Source: Candidatus Hydrogenedens sp. (GTDB lineage: Bacteria; Hydrogenedentota; Hydrogenedentia; Hydrogenedentales; Hydrogenedentaceae). Taken from it: a stretch of 64,000 nt of DNA. The translations under genes and the position numbers were made by a program. Shown here piece after piece: positions 29,469-40,057 of this stretch (position 1 is its first letter; each line of letters opens with the position of its first letter). The stretch covers positions 1-64,000 of the forward strand of contig JBMFRC010000008.1 of NCBI GenBank assembly GCA_049968235.1, in the 5' to 3' direction. Below the pieces are notes generated by a model, which was not told the origin of the DNA, did no database searches, and saw nothing but the letters and a program-made list of their open reading frames with translations.

Positions 29469-30167
29469 TTATTTTTTTTGTTTCATTTCTTTCTTCATTA
29501 TAAACAAATAATTAAAGCCACGGAGAAAATAATTTCCGCGTTCTGCTTCGGTATGGTAGTGTCTTCTTTTTAATGTCCGATTATGTCGAACAACCGCAAT
29601 AATATCGATAGGGGTAAACCATTGTTCCATAATCGAAAACAATCGAAATCCAATGGGTGCAAAAGGTTTCTTTTTTTGATAAGAGTCACAACAATACAAA
29701 GCCATAAATCGTTGAGGTTTCAATATACGATAAATCTCACGGATGCATTGCTCCATAGATTTGTAATAAGTATCATCATTAGCACTCAAAGTGCCGATAC
29801 AACGCGGGTCATCGGAATAATGAATATTCGTACCATAAGGGGGGTCTATAAAAACAAAGTCAACACTTTCACTGCGTAACGGTATTTTTCGTGCATCCGC
29901 AGAAATAATATCATCCCGATAGGGACTTAAATCGAACCCGATAACCTTACGATGTAAATCTTTACACACATCAATAGTTGTCCCACTTCCACACATGGGG
30001 TCAACAACGAGGTCTTTTTCACGCGTATACCGCTGTAATAGATTCCAAATAATATACGAAGGAGTTGCGCCGGGATAATTCTGGTCTCCCTGCATACAGT
30101 CGCCATAATGTTGTGAGGGATAATCCCAGAGGGTCGTTGTCTGTAAACTTAATTCTGGTTTTCTCAT
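29469..30167 (-). CDS. Small SAM-dependent methyltransferase with a DPPY motif (amino-methyltransferase, DNA N6A/N4C or RNA m2G type). Motif I precedes motif IV.
   Basis: ATPSYIIWNLLQRYTREKDLVVDPMCGSGTT (motif X/I) is followed by VDFVFIDPPYGT (motif IV). 232 aa, with GC like the core genome. Confidence 0.6.
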   Translation of the reverse strand: MRKPELSLQTTTLWDYPSQHYGDCMQGDQNYPGATPSYIIWNLLQRYTREKDLVVDPMCGSGTTIDVCKDLHRKVIGFDLSPYRDDIISADARKIPLRSESVDFVFIDPPYGTNIHYSDDPRCIGTLSANDDTYYKSMEQCIREIYRILKPQRFMALYCCDSYQKKKPFAPIGFRLFSIMEQWFTPIDIIAVVRHNRTLKRRHYHTEAERGNYFLRGFNYLFIMKKEMKQKK

Positions 30168-30398
30168 AATTGGGTTATAAACTATAATCTTTGATTTGTA
30201 AATGGTTTTGATTAAGTATTAGTATTTTAAGGATTATGTAAAGATATTTTATAACAAAAAGGTGTAAACTTTTTTAAAATTTCACTCACTTGTGATATTA
30301 TAATATTCTAACACGGGCTTTTAAGATAAACCTGTAAAAAGAAGTTTTGGGTAGATAAAAATTTGTTGAATAAAACAGTTTGAATATGGAGAAGTTCA

Positions 30399-31394
30399 AT
30401 GAAAAAGTATTTTATTTTTGTGCTTGTTCTCGCAAGTAGTTTGCTGGTCGTGGATAGTTATGCACAGTGGACATGGACACCGCAGACCGGTAGATTTATT
30501 AATGTAAAGCGGATGCCTAAAGAGACCGCTGAACTGCAAATTGAGTATGCACGAAGTTTATATTTGCAAGGAAATTATAAAAAAGCCCTTAAAGAAACAG
30601 AGAAATTCTTTGATTTTTATGGACAGGACCCATTAGCAGACCAGAACTTGTTTTTACGTGGCGAAATTAAAATGGCTATGGAGAAATGGCTGGAAGCAGC
30701 AAAAGAATTTCAGAAATTGGTCTCTGGCTATCCCAGTTCAAAACTCTACGAACAAGCCATACAAAAGCAGTTTGAAATCGGTGATAAGTTATATGAACGT
30801 GGGTTAAAAAAGAGAAGTAAATTCTTATCCTTTTTCAAAGGGAAACCATTAAAACATGCAATAGAAGTTTATGGAATGGTTGTAAGTAACCAGCCATTTA
30901 TGCCTCGTTCTGCAGAAGCCCAGTATAAAATTGGACTTTGTCATCATGCAAGAAAGGAATATATTGAAGCGGGTTATGAATATCGCCGTGTTATAGAAAA
31001 TTATCCTCAATCCGATTGGGTAGACGATGCCCGCTATGGGTTAGCCCGATGCTATTATGAATCCTCCTTGCCACCCGAGTATGACCAGAGTAGAGCAGAA
31101 TTAGCAATAGAAGCCATTGACGAATTTTTAAAAATTTTTCCTGAAGATACTCGCGTAGAAGAACTTAAAGGATGGCGTCAAAAAATGCGGAACAATATAG
31201 CAGAACAAAAATTAATAGTAGCCCGTTATTATGAAAAACAGAGGAAGTTCGATTCGGCAAGGATATACTATCAATTAATATCTAACCAATATACAGATAC
31301 ACCATCCGCAGAAAAAGCCAATAAATGGTTGCAAGAAAACCCTGTAAAGATGAGTGATTTGAAAACTCAATTCGAGCAGGAGACAAAAAAATAA
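30399..31394 (+). CDS. TPR-repeat lipoprotein, BamD/YfiO-like
   Basis: Signal peptide plus multiple TPR-like repeats (YARSLYLQGNYKKAL...). It lies immediately upstream of the LptE-like and holA genes. Confidence 0.45.
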   Translation: MKKYFIFVLVLASSLLVVDSYAQWTWTPQTGRFINVKRMPKETAELQIEYARSLYLQGNYKKALKETEKFFDFYGQDPLADQNLFLRGEIKMAMEKWLEAAKEFQKLVSGYPSSKLYEQAIQKQFEIGDKLYERGLKKRSKFLSFFKGKPLKHAIEVYGMVVSNQPFMPRSAEAQYKIGLCHHARKEYIEAGYEYRRVIENYPQSDWVDDARYGLARCYYESSLPPEYDQSRAELAIEAIDEFLKIFPEDTRVEELKGWRQKMRNNIAEQKLIVARYYEKQRKFDSARIYYQLISNQYTDTPSAEKANKWLQENPVKMSDLKTQFEQETKK

Positions 31395-31984
31395 TGGATA
31401 CCGTAAAGAAAAAAAGAATTCTACTTTATGTGTCGATGCTATCTCTTTTTACCTTTTTATCTCTACTGAAGATAAATTGTGCTTATACAACAAAAGTTTC
31501 TTTAGACCCGCGGTATCAGACCGTTGCCGTATCTGGCTTTTACAACAAGTCATCCGAATATGATTTCCAGGCACCTCTCACCAATGCCCTAATACGAAAA
31601 TTTATTACAGATGGTCGTCTGAAAGTAGTAAAACCATCGGAAGCAGATTTGCTTATTGAAGGTGTTATACTGGATTACAAACGCAAGGGTCTGACATATG
31701 ATGCTAACGACGAGACTACACAATTTTTGATTGTAGTAACTGCTGGTGTTCGTGTAACAGACCAGCAGACAGGAAAAATACTCTGGCAGGAACCAATGAT
31801 GGCTGGTGAAAGTACTTACTTTACTCATGCCGCAGGACAGTCCTCCGACAGGCTTCGTGGAAATGTAGAAACCTTTCTGACTCCGGTTCGTTCTTTTGCC
31901 AGTGATGAAGAAAACAGAGCTGTTTCCGAAGCATTGGAACAACTGGCTTCGGATATTTTCTATCGGACCATTGAACCATGGTAG
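31394..31984 (+). CDS. lptE: LPS-assembly lipoprotein LptE-like
   Basis: 196-aa lipoprotein (lipobox LKINC) directly upstream of holA. This is the conserved lptE-holA synteny. The call rests on synteny and size more than on motifs. Confidence 0.45.
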   Translation: MDTVKKKRILLYVSMLSLFTFLSLLKINCAYTTKVSLDPRYQTVAVSGFYNKSSEYDFQAPLTNALIRKFITDGRLKVVKPSEADLLIEGVILDYKRKGLTYDANDETTQFLIVVTAGVRVTDQQTGKILWQEPMMAGESTYFTHAAGQSSDRLRGNVETFLTPVRSFASDEENRAVSEALEQLASDIFYRTIEPW

Positions 31985-32037
31985 TATAAGGAAATAGAAA
32001 ATACTATCTTCCTTTTATTTAGATTAAAGAATTTATT

Positions 32038-33066
32038 ATGGATATAAAACAATTCAAAAAAGTCTTGGCAAAAGAGGGACTACACACAAATTGTTTGCTT
32101 TTTTGTCCTGCTGTTTCCGGTAGTAAAGAAAGTTTTGAACCCGTTCTAGCAGAAGAAGTAATTGAAGAATTAACAAAAAGTTTTATCCCGGAAGGAACCG
32201 AATCCGTAGGATTACACACTTTTTATGGAGATGAAACTCGACTGGAAGAAATAGTGATGGAGTGTTCAACGCTTCCTTTTTTTTCTTCTCGTAAAGTGGT
32301 CATCGTCCGCAAATTTGAACTGTTGGACCGTAGTGAAAAAAGCGATGTTAAATCCATTCGCCCCATGCTGAACTATCTCCAGAATCCATTGGACACTACC
32401 TTATTACTGTGCGTGACAGAAACAGTAGATTCCCGCAAACCCTTATACAAAGCGTTTGCTTCAATTAATGGAGTAGTTGAGTGCCCAGCATTAAACAATA
32501 ATGAATTGAACGAATGGATAAAACAATATTTATACAGCAAAAAAAAGAAAATTTCTCCCGACGGATTGGAAGAATTCGTATCAAGATGCGGCACAAAACT
32601 GAGTGATATTCGGAATGCTTTAACTTTATTACTTGGTTTTGTAGGGGATAAAGATTCTATAACAATTAAAGATGTGCTGAATTCCTGTGCAGATGTTGCA
32701 GAAGAGTCTATCTGGAGTTTGACAGATGCAATAGCCCTTGGCAATATGAAAATGTCCTGGCTCATACTTAATGATTTAATAAATCAAGGGAAAGAACCAC
32801 CTGAAATTGTTTCGGTAATCCACTGGCTCCTCGAAAATGCATATAAAACGACAGAACTTTCCGAAGAAAAACCTCGAAGTAATTTTGTTATGAGTAAAGT
32901 AACCCCCCTTGCACAGCGATTTGGAATTAAAAAATTAGTTACCGCAATGAACCTCTGCAATGAGACTACTTATGCAATGCGACAAACAGGAACTGATGAA
33001 AGAACCGCATTAGAATTGCTCGTTCTCAAACTTTCTTATATCCCACCGAAGCAAAAGATAAATTAA
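32038..33066 (+). CDS. holA: DNA polymerase III delta subunit HolA
   Basis: 342 aa with the clamp-loader delta N-terminal organisation and a C-terminal helical domain. Synteny with lptE supports the call. Confidence 0.7.
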   Translation: MDIKQFKKVLAKEGLHTNCLLFCPAVSGSKESFEPVLAEEVIEELTKSFIPEGTESVGLHTFYGDETRLEEIVMECSTLPFFSSRKVVIVRKFELLDRSEKSDVKSIRPMLNYLQNPLDTTLLLCVTETVDSRKPLYKAFASINGVVECPALNNNELNEWIKQYLYSKKKKISPDGLEEFVSRCGTKLSDIRNALTLLLGFVGDKDSITIKDVLNSCADVAEESIWSLTDAIALGNMKMSWLILNDLINQGKEPPEIVSVIHWLLENAYKTTELSEEKPRSNFVMSKVTPLAQRFGIKKLVTAMNLCNETTYAMRQTGTDERTALELLVLKLSYIPPKQKIN

Positions 33067-33240
33067 AACCAATATTATCAAAGGGACTGTTTATTTTTCC
33101 GATATAATACAGATATCTTATCCGTGTTATATTCCCATTGGTGTAATTTTCTTTCCATCTTATTCATCCATCCATCCCATTTTTCTTTTTTTTAACTACC
33201 TTTGCATTAACAATCACAACACATTGCGGGATGATAGTTT

Positions 33241-35250
33241 TTACTCCTTTATTTTTTCATAGATAACAAAAAGAGCAGACGGTTTCTCTGGGAGTGTTAG
33301 TGGGACACCATATTCCATTAATTCTTTCCCTGTGAGCTCTAAAGGTTGTGCATTTTTATAAACTGGGGTGATACGGTATTTTGCTTTTAATTCCAAACCA
33401 TGTAAGGGCAATCTTATACTCTCTGTCTTGGCTTCCTCACGACGGAATGCTTGCACAACACCTGTACCTCTACTTGCTACATTAAATTGCCATGCTATCC
33501 ACACATTTTTTTCAAGTGAATACGGAGTCAACGGATAGTAATCTCCATAATAATTTTCAGCGTAAAGTTTTCGTTGTTCTATAATATTCACTAATCTTTG
33601 CCAATCTATGTCATCCCGTCTCTGGTCAAAACAGGCAGTAAAACTGGGACACAATACACTCATCACTTCATAGTCTGATATTTTAGAAGTCCCTGTGCCA
33701 AAAAACGGAAACCACTCGGACAATGCCCAGGTATGGCATTGATTCCCAGTAGGTTCCATAATATAATCACTTCGTAATAAAGGCACAGCTCGTCGTAAAG
33801 TTTCTAAATCATTTCGTCTACCACCACTGGCACAGGAATCTATCAACATATTAGGATGACGACGCAACAATTCATCCCAGTATGCGAAATAACCTTCCAC
33901 ATGCCGTATTTCGGTAATCCCCTGTCTATCCGGAGTATCATTCTTTCGCCAGAAATCCAGCGGGTCCATATTGAAATCCTGCCGGTATAAATCAATTCCC
34001 TCTTTTGTAAGGATACTGTCTATATGGTTTATTAGCCATTCTCTTACCTGTGCATCTCCAAGGTTCAATAATCCCCCTCCCTTCCCACCAAGAATCCACT
34101 CTGGATAATTTTCTGTAAGCCATGTCCCCGCATGCACGCGTTCTGGCTCAAACCATACAAGTATTTTGACCCCTTTGTTGTGGGCAAAATCGGAAATAGG
34201 TTTAAATCCTCCAGGGAATCGAGTTTGGTCAACTTCCCATGTCCCTGTTTTAGGCCATTGCCCGTCGCAGGGATACCACCCGGCATCCATCCACCAGTAG
34301 TCAAGAGAAAAACCCCGCTGAAGATATTTTTCAATAAACATTAATTGTGTATCAGTAGTAGCATTAACCATTTCGCCATATTGATGAGAACTGCATGCGA
34401 AAAGTATCGGGAGTTTTGGAGGGTTTCCATAAGGATGTGGCAAATTATGTGCAATCATCCATTGCCTCCATAGGTTCTGTCCGCGTTGCTTATCACCGGA
34501 ATAGAACAAAAGCACAACCATAGGTCCGCGAACTTCTTCTCCAGGATATAAAGTGAAATGAGTAAGTTCTTGACCTCCTTGAATAAATAAAACACCATCC
34601 TTATCCCGATAAAACCGACAGGACCACTGCCCTGCCCAACTGATAGCGAAAATCAGCCCCGCATTCTCTCTTTGAAAATTGAAATAAGGAAATGTTATCT
34701 GTGTTGGTCGTCCCCCTGTATTTGCAAGTTTTATTTCAGAATCCGTATTTATCGGTTCAATTATAGGTTCATAACTATCCGCAGTGCAGTTATCCCCTTT
34801 ATTCCGATGAAGGACAGTTCGCTGATTCTTAAACTCGGTAAATATGGTATCTATTGTTTTTAACTCTTGCAGTATAGGGGTATTTTTATCTCCACCGTTC
34901 TTATAGTAAGCAGTCCATTCAATTACAGGGAAGTGTAAATATTGAACAGCCTTATATCGCACAACCAAACCTGTTTTGGTATGGGTTAATTTCAAGGTAG
35001 AGGTTATTATATCATTCCCTTTGTCTGTTGTAATTTCCCGTGTCCATTCTTGTAAATCCTGATTTGCGGGGGTATCACCAATAAGCAATGAGCCAGGAAA
35101 TAAATCTGCAGACTGGGATACTTTCTCACCGAACCAGCGTTCGAAAATTGTGCTGGCTGATGATAATTCTTCCGGCAAAGGACTCGCTTGTGCATATAAT
35201 AAACAACTTAAACTCACCAGAAAGGCATGTAGAATAAATATTCTTTTCAT
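33241..35250 (-). CDS. Secreted clan-D glycoside hydrolase, GH36-like alpha-galactosidase / alpha-N-acetylgalactosaminidase
   Basis: Signal peptide. YWWMDAGW (a DDGW-like motif) and the CASGGRRND signature (the xSGGGR motif of GH36). Confidence 0.6.
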   Translation of the reverse strand: MKRIFILHAFLVSLSCLLYAQASPLPEELSSASTIFERWFGEKVSQSADLFPGSLLIGDTPANQDLQEWTREITTDKGNDIITSTLKLTHTKTGLVVRYKAVQYLHFPVIEWTAYYKNGGDKNTPILQELKTIDTIFTEFKNQRTVLHRNKGDNCTADSYEPIIEPINTDSEIKLANTGGRPTQITFPYFNFQRENAGLIFAISWAGQWSCRFYRDKDGVLFIQGGQELTHFTLYPGEEVRGPMVVLLFYSGDKQRGQNLWRQWMIAHNLPHPYGNPPKLPILFACSSHQYGEMVNATTDTQLMFIEKYLQRGFSLDYWWMDAGWYPCDGQWPKTGTWEVDQTRFPGGFKPISDFAHNKGVKILVWFEPERVHAGTWLTENYPEWILGGKGGGLLNLGDAQVREWLINHIDSILTKEGIDLYRQDFNMDPLDFWRKNDTPDRQGITEIRHVEGYFAYWDELLRRHPNMLIDSCASGGRRNDLETLRRAVPLLRSDYIMEPTGNQCHTWALSEWFPFFGTGTSKISDYEVMSVLCPSFTACFDQRRDDIDWQRLVNIIEQRKLYAENYYGDYYPLTPYSLEKNVWIAWQFNVASRGTGVVQAFRREEAKTESIRLPLHGLELKAKYRITPVYKNAQPLELTGKELMEYGVPLTLPEKPSALFVIYEKIKE

Positions 35251-35290
35251 ATAAAAGCATCCCTTTTTTCAGAATTTTTTGTCCATCGAT

Positions 35291-36178
35291 TTAGTTGTCA
35301 AATTGAATATCGTTGGTAATTTCGATGAGAAATTCTACATCCTGTTTTAGTATCTCCCTTTTGTGAATAGGATCAGAGAAATTTCCCAGAGACTCATCTT
35401 CAATACATAGAACACCATCATAATTGGATTTTTTTAGTTCTGTTAATATCGTTTCTATATTTATATCCCCTTTAAATATGGGACAAACATAGGTAGCATA
35501 TTCCCAGCCTATTTCACGATAAATTTCTTGTGCGGTTTTTGGATAGGCAATATTTTTAATATGTGTGTGCTTTGCATAAGGAGCAAGCAATTTTAATATT
35601 GCTTCCGTTTCGGATAAAGGGTAACCTCGCCAGTAAAAATTCCCCAAATCTAAGGTTAACCCCAAACGAGGGTCACCAACGGTGTGAACAACAGATAAAA
35701 GAAAAATTGGATTATTCCCTTCTTTTCCATGGTTTTCAATACCTAATCGAATAGAGATGTTCTCTATTTCAGAGAACAGTTCCGAAATAATATTGGAAAA
35801 TAATTCAACTTTTTCTCCAAAGGAATATAAATGTTCTTGCTGAAGGGATGAATCTATACGGATAACTTTACTTCCCAATGTGTAAGCAATATTTACTGCA
35901 TTTTTAAACCAGTCTATAGATTGTTCCTTCGTATGCATACTTACATCAAAATCTGTAAGTAATGCTGATACAAAAACTTTTTTTTCTTGTAACTCTTTTT
36001 TATATTTAAATAATTGCTCTTCCGATTTTATTGAAACCTTGTGGCTTGAATTTAAAGAGTATGATTGAAAATCATTGTTTAAATGTAATTCAAACTGATT
36101 AAGTTTTAAATAATTAAGTCCCTCTATAATAGATGAAAATACTTCCAATAAGATTTCATCACGAATAGCAATATTCAT
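35291..36178 (-). CDS. Sugar phosphate isomerase/epimerase (xylose isomerase-like TIM barrel)
   Basis: LGIENHGKEGN (E-N-H-G motif) and HTHIKN, typical of the AP_endonuc_2 / Xyl-isomerase-like fold. Confidence 0.6.
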   Translation of the reverse strand: MNIAIRDEILLEVFSSIIEGLNYLKLNQFELHLNNDFQSYSLNSSHKVSIKSEEQLFKYKKELQEKKVFVSALLTDFDVSMHTKEQSIDWFKNAVNIAYTLGSKVIRIDSSLQQEHLYSFGEKVELFSNIISELFSEIENISIRLGIENHGKEGNNPIFLLSVVHTVGDPRLGLTLDLGNFYWRGYPLSETEAILKLLAPYAKHTHIKNIAYPKTAQEIYREIGWEYATYVCPIFKGDINIETILTELKKSNYDGVLCIEDESLGNFSDPIHKREILKQDVEFLIEITNDIQFDN

Positions 36179-36840
36179 CCGGTATCTCCTCCATTTGTTT
36201 TTGATGCTACCGCTAAAAATTTTTTAATAAGAAAAACCCTATATTCTTCGTGTGATAAAGGTCCTATATGATACCTATTAACATGCACAAAACCATCCTC
36301 ACTTAATGGGAAGGAGTCTGCCGAATCTATTTCAATAGGTGATAGGACACGAACAAGAAATGAGGAATTATTCAAAATAGTTGCTACTGAAGAAGGGGTA
36401 AAGAAATGCAGTCGGGTTTTACTTTCTTCAAGGGTGTCATCCCATGTTCCCTGAAGCAATTTCAACACATGTCGGTAGTATTGCACATTGGGTTCTGCAG
36501 TTATAAGGATACCGTCATTTATTAAAACACGGTTGAGTTCATTAATCGTTTGTGCCAGATTAAAACAGTCCGAAAGAATATTTTCTCCGATAACAAGCGT
36601 GAATGAATTATTTTCAAATGGGAGTTCTTCTCTACCCAATGTTATATGATACAGGCAGTTAAACTGGTCTTCACAAGGAACATTTTGAGTATCATCAGTT
36701 ATTATCCCTTTAAGAGAAGATCCCTGTTTCTGCTTTACCTGTAAAATAAATTTCTCGTCAAAAAAATTAATTGTTAAAACTCTGGAAAAGATATTGGCCA
36801 ATAAATGAATAATTTCGTCTTTCAGAACATTTTCTATCAT
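36175..36840 (-). CDS. Hypothetical protein with a methyltransferase-type-11-like C-terminal block but no motif I
   Basis: FENNSFTLVIGENILSDCFNLAQTINELNRVLINDGILI resembles the post-II/III region of class I MTases. No GxGxG is present. There is a 4-nt overlap with the upstream gene. Confidence 0.3.
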   Translation of the reverse strand: MIENVLKDEIIHLLANIFSRVLTINFFDEKFILQVKQKQGSSLKGIITDDTQNVPCEDQFNCLYHITLGREELPFENNSFTLVIGENILSDCFNLAQTINELNRVLINDGILITAEPNVQYYRHVLKLLQGTWDDTLEESKTRLHFFTPSSVATILNNSSFLVRVLSPIEIDSADSFPLSEDGFVHVNRYHIGPLSHEEYRVFLIKKFLAVASKTNGGDTG

Positions 36841-36846
36841 TGTATT

Positions 36847-37959
36847 TTAGGGTCTTTCAGGAATTTCTTCCCAATTCATCTTAAATGCTTCTGCAACTGC
36901 TTTATAAGTAATTTTACCTTTGTATAAGTTTACACCTTTACGAAGTGCTTTGTCATGTGCAATTGCTTTATCAATGCCCATATCCGCAATCATCAAGCCA
37001 TAACCCAATGTAACATTGGTTAACGCATAAGTAGAAGTTCGGGGAACAGCACCGGGCATGTTGGTAACACAGTAATGAATGACATCATTGACACGATAAG
37101 TAGGATTATCATGGGTAGTGGGCTTTGAAGTTTCAATACATCCTCCCTGGTCAATTGCAATATCAACAATAGCAGAATTGGGTTTCATATTTTTTATCAT
37201 ATCTTTTGTAACCAGACGAGGTGCTTTAGCACCCGGAACCAGTACAGAACCAATCAACAAATCCCCCTGAGATACTTCTTCCGCAATATTAGCACGATTA
37301 GACATTAAAGTTGTCAGACGTCCCTGCATAATGTCTTGCATATATCTTAATCGTGCAGGATTAATATCAATAACCGTTACATGAGCGCCCATCCCTACTG
37401 CGATAGTGCAGGCATTGGAACCTGCTACACCGGCTCCTAGTATGACAACTTTTGCTGGTTTTACACCAGAAACACCGCCTAACAAAACCCCCATACCTCC
37501 ATAAGTGGCTTCCAAACAACGAGCCCCTATTTGAACGGATAAACGACCCGCAACTTCACTCATAGGTGTCAATAATGGAAGAGAACCATCATCCAATTGT
37601 ATGGTTTCGTATGCTACACCAATTATCTGTTGTTTTAATAATCCACGCGTTAATGCTTCATTCGATGCCAGATGAAGATAGGTATATAAAATCTGTCCCG
37701 GTCTGCATAGTTTTATTTCGTTTTCCAGAGGTTCTTTTACTTTGATTATCATGTCCGCCTGTTCCCAGATTTGTTTTGCAGATGAAATAATTTTTGCTCC
37801 GACATCACGATAATTTTCATCTAAAATTCCACTCCCCAATCCAGCCCCTTTTTCCACAAGGACGGTATGCCCATGTGCAATAAAAGCAGAAACTCCCGAA
37901 GGCACAATACCTACTCTTTTTTCACCCGGCTTAATTTCTTTTGGTACTCCAATAATCAT
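36847..37959 (-). CDS. ald: Alanine dehydrogenase
   Basis: MIIGVPKEIKPGEKRVGIVPSGV N-terminus and the NAD-binding VVILGAGVAGSNA. 370 aa. Confidence 0.9.
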   Translation of the reverse strand: MIIGVPKEIKPGEKRVGIVPSGVSAFIAHGHTVLVEKGAGLGSGILDENYRDVGAKIISSAKQIWEQADMIIKVKEPLENEIKLCRPGQILYTYLHLASNEALTRGLLKQQIIGVAYETIQLDDGSLPLLTPMSEVAGRLSVQIGARCLEATYGGMGVLLGGVSGVKPAKVVILGAGVAGSNACTIAVGMGAHVTVIDINPARLRYMQDIMQGRLTTLMSNRANIAEEVSQGDLLIGSVLVPGAKAPRLVTKDMIKNMKPNSAIVDIAIDQGGCIETSKPTTHDNPTYRVNDVIHYCVTNMPGAVPRTSTYALTNVTLGYGLMIADMGIDKAIAHDKALRKGVNLYKGKITYKAVAEAFKMNWEEIPERP

Positions 37960-38081
37960 ATATCGATACTCCTTTCATCTTCTTGTTAATAAAAAACTAT
38001 AAAAAATTATATTGTACTTTTATTTGTTATTCATATTATTGGTTTTTATCATGAAATTCAAGTTTAAATGTAGGTCATTTT

Positions 38082-38522
38082 TCAATTCTCTCTTAAAAAA
38101 ATAGCAATATCATAGATTTCTTTCCGTTTCAGGTCTTGTGCGTGAAGTGGGAAGGGGCAAATAATCAAGTCCATATATCCGCGAAAACCGAACCAGATAG
38201 ATTTTCTTTTGTAATAAAAAGGTAAAGAAGGATGAAGAAAAATAAATCGTGAGAGAAAAGTTTCGTAATTACCGTTCCAATCTTTTTGAATTTTTTTATA
38301 GTCCTCCGGGTCCTGATATTTCCAGATAACATAATCTTCAAAATAATATTTAGATACCTCACCCAATAAAGAGTCCCGTGAAAAAACAAGTTTTCGATAC
38401 ATTCCCTGCATATTTCCCATATTCCATGGAACAAATTGTTCCGAATGTATTAGTTTCGTTCTAACAATCAAATTATATAAATCAATAGTTTTAACTTGTG
38501 TTTCTTTATCATTTGTGGACAT
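38082..38522 (-). CDS. Hypothetical protein (146 aa)
   Basis: Open frame only, with no motifs recognised. Confidence 0.3.
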   Translation of the reverse strand: MSTNDKETQVKTIDLYNLIVRTKLIHSEQFVPWNMGNMQGMYRKLVFSRDSLLGEVSKYYFEDYVIWKYQDPEDYKKIQKDWNGNYETFLSRFIFLHPSLPFYYKRKSIWFGFRGYMDLIICPFPLHAQDLKRKEIYDIAIFLREN

Positions 38523-38549
38523 GTATTATTGAATAGGTTTCCTTTTTTC

Positions 38550-40016
38550 TTATTTGGATGTATAGTTATTGTCGTCTTCTTTATCAAGGATTTCATTCGT
38601 ATCGTTAGTTAATCCATATTTTTGAAGTCGGTAACGCAAAGAGCGGGGAGTTAAACCGAGAATTTTTGCAGATTTCTTCTGAGAATATCTTGTATATATC
38701 AGAGCCTGCTCTATCAATCCTCGTTCTATTTTTTCAATAAATTTTTCCAAATCGAGCCCTTCAGGGGGTAATTTAATCTGCCCAATATTATCTATTTCTA
38801 CTTGTTGATTTGTTTTATTAACAATGGTCTGTTTTAATGAATCGGGGATATGGGTTAAATTAATTTCCGTTTCATAACATAAAGCAAGAATTCGTTCGAT
38901 GAAATTAGAAAGTTCACGAATATTCCCGGGCCAGGAATAGTTCAAGAAGAGTTCGATAACATTGGGAGCGATTTTAGGGGTTGGAAGACCCATTCTCGAA
39001 GAGTGCATTTTAAGAAAATGATTTATCAAAAGAGGAATATCTTCTTTTCGTTCGCGTAAAGGAGGGACAGTAATTGGAATGACATTGAGACGGAAAAATA
39101 GGTCCTGACGAAATAATCCTTTATTTATCATCTCTTCTAAATTTCTATTTGTAGCAGAAATAATGCGTATGTCTACTTTTATTTCTTTTGTTCCACCTAC
39201 AGGTGTAACAACATTATTATCTAAAACGCGTAAAAGTCGGGCTTGTAAGTTCATAGGCATTTCACCAATTTCATCGAGGAACACCGTTCCCCCATTGGCA
39301 ACAACCAATAACCCTTCTTTATCCTCTATTGCCCCTGTAAAGGCACCGCGTTTATATCCAAACAATTCGCTTTCTAATAATGTCTCGGGTATCGAAGCAC
39401 AATTTATCGCAAGAAAAGGTTTATCCGCACGAGGACTTAATCGATGTATTCCGCGCGCTATTAATTCTTTACCGGAACCACTTTCACCATAAATAATGAC
39501 CGTACTTGGTAATTGTGCTACTCGAGATATTGTCTCTCGAATTTTTTTTATGGCGGAACTCGTCCCGATAATTTCTTCAAAGGATTGTAATAAAGCGCGT
39601 TCTGTTCGTAAGGCTTCATTTTCTCGTAGCAAATGATGTTGTTCGATAGCCTTCTGGACACGCAAACAGACTTCCTCATTACTTTTGAATGGTTTCTGAA
39701 TATAATCGGTGGCTCCTGCCTGCATTGCTTCTATTGCGTTTTCAACACTGCCATATGCGGTAACCATTATAGTAGGCAATCCGGGAATATTTTCTTTTAC
39801 CCATTTTAATATTTCCATTCCAGCAAGGGGATTATTATTCATTACCAGGTCCGTCACAACAGCATCAAAAGGTTGCTCCTTTAATATTCGGATAGATTCT
39901 TCCAAACTTTCCGCTGTTTGACATAGAAAGCCACCTCTTTCAAGGATGATAGCAATAACTTCTCGCATACTCTCTTCATCATCTATTATCAGAACACGAA
40001 ATTTATTTGTTGCCAT
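38550..40016 (-). CDS. Sigma54-dependent response regulator, NtrC/PilR family (REC + AAA+ + Fis-type HTH)
   Basis: A REC domain, Walker A GESGSGKE, a GAFTGA-like GAFTGA, and a C-terminal HTH. Confidence 0.9.
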   Translation of the reverse strand: MATNKFRVLIIDDEESMREVIAIILERGGFLCQTAESLEESIRILKEQPFDAVVTDLVMNNNPLAGMEILKWVKENIPGLPTIMVTAYGSVENAIEAMQAGATDYIQKPFKSNEEVCLRVQKAIEQHHLLRENEALRTERALLQSFEEIIGTSSAIKKIRETISRVAQLPSTVIIYGESGSGKELIARGIHRLSPRADKPFLAINCASIPETLLESELFGYKRGAFTGAIEDKEGLLVVANGGTVFLDEIGEMPMNLQARLLRVLDNNVVTPVGGTKEIKVDIRIISATNRNLEEMINKGLFRQDLFFRLNVIPITVPPLRERKEDIPLLINHFLKMHSSRMGLPTPKIAPNVIELFLNYSWPGNIRELSNFIERILALCYETEINLTHIPDSLKQTIVNKTNQQVEIDNIGQIKLPPEGLDLEKFIEKIERGLIEQALIYTRYSQKKSAKILGLTPRSLRYRLQKYGLTNDTNEILDKEDDNNYTSK

Positions 40017-40057
40017 CCCACCTATCCTTCGTTATTATTGTATTCTACAACAAACTA

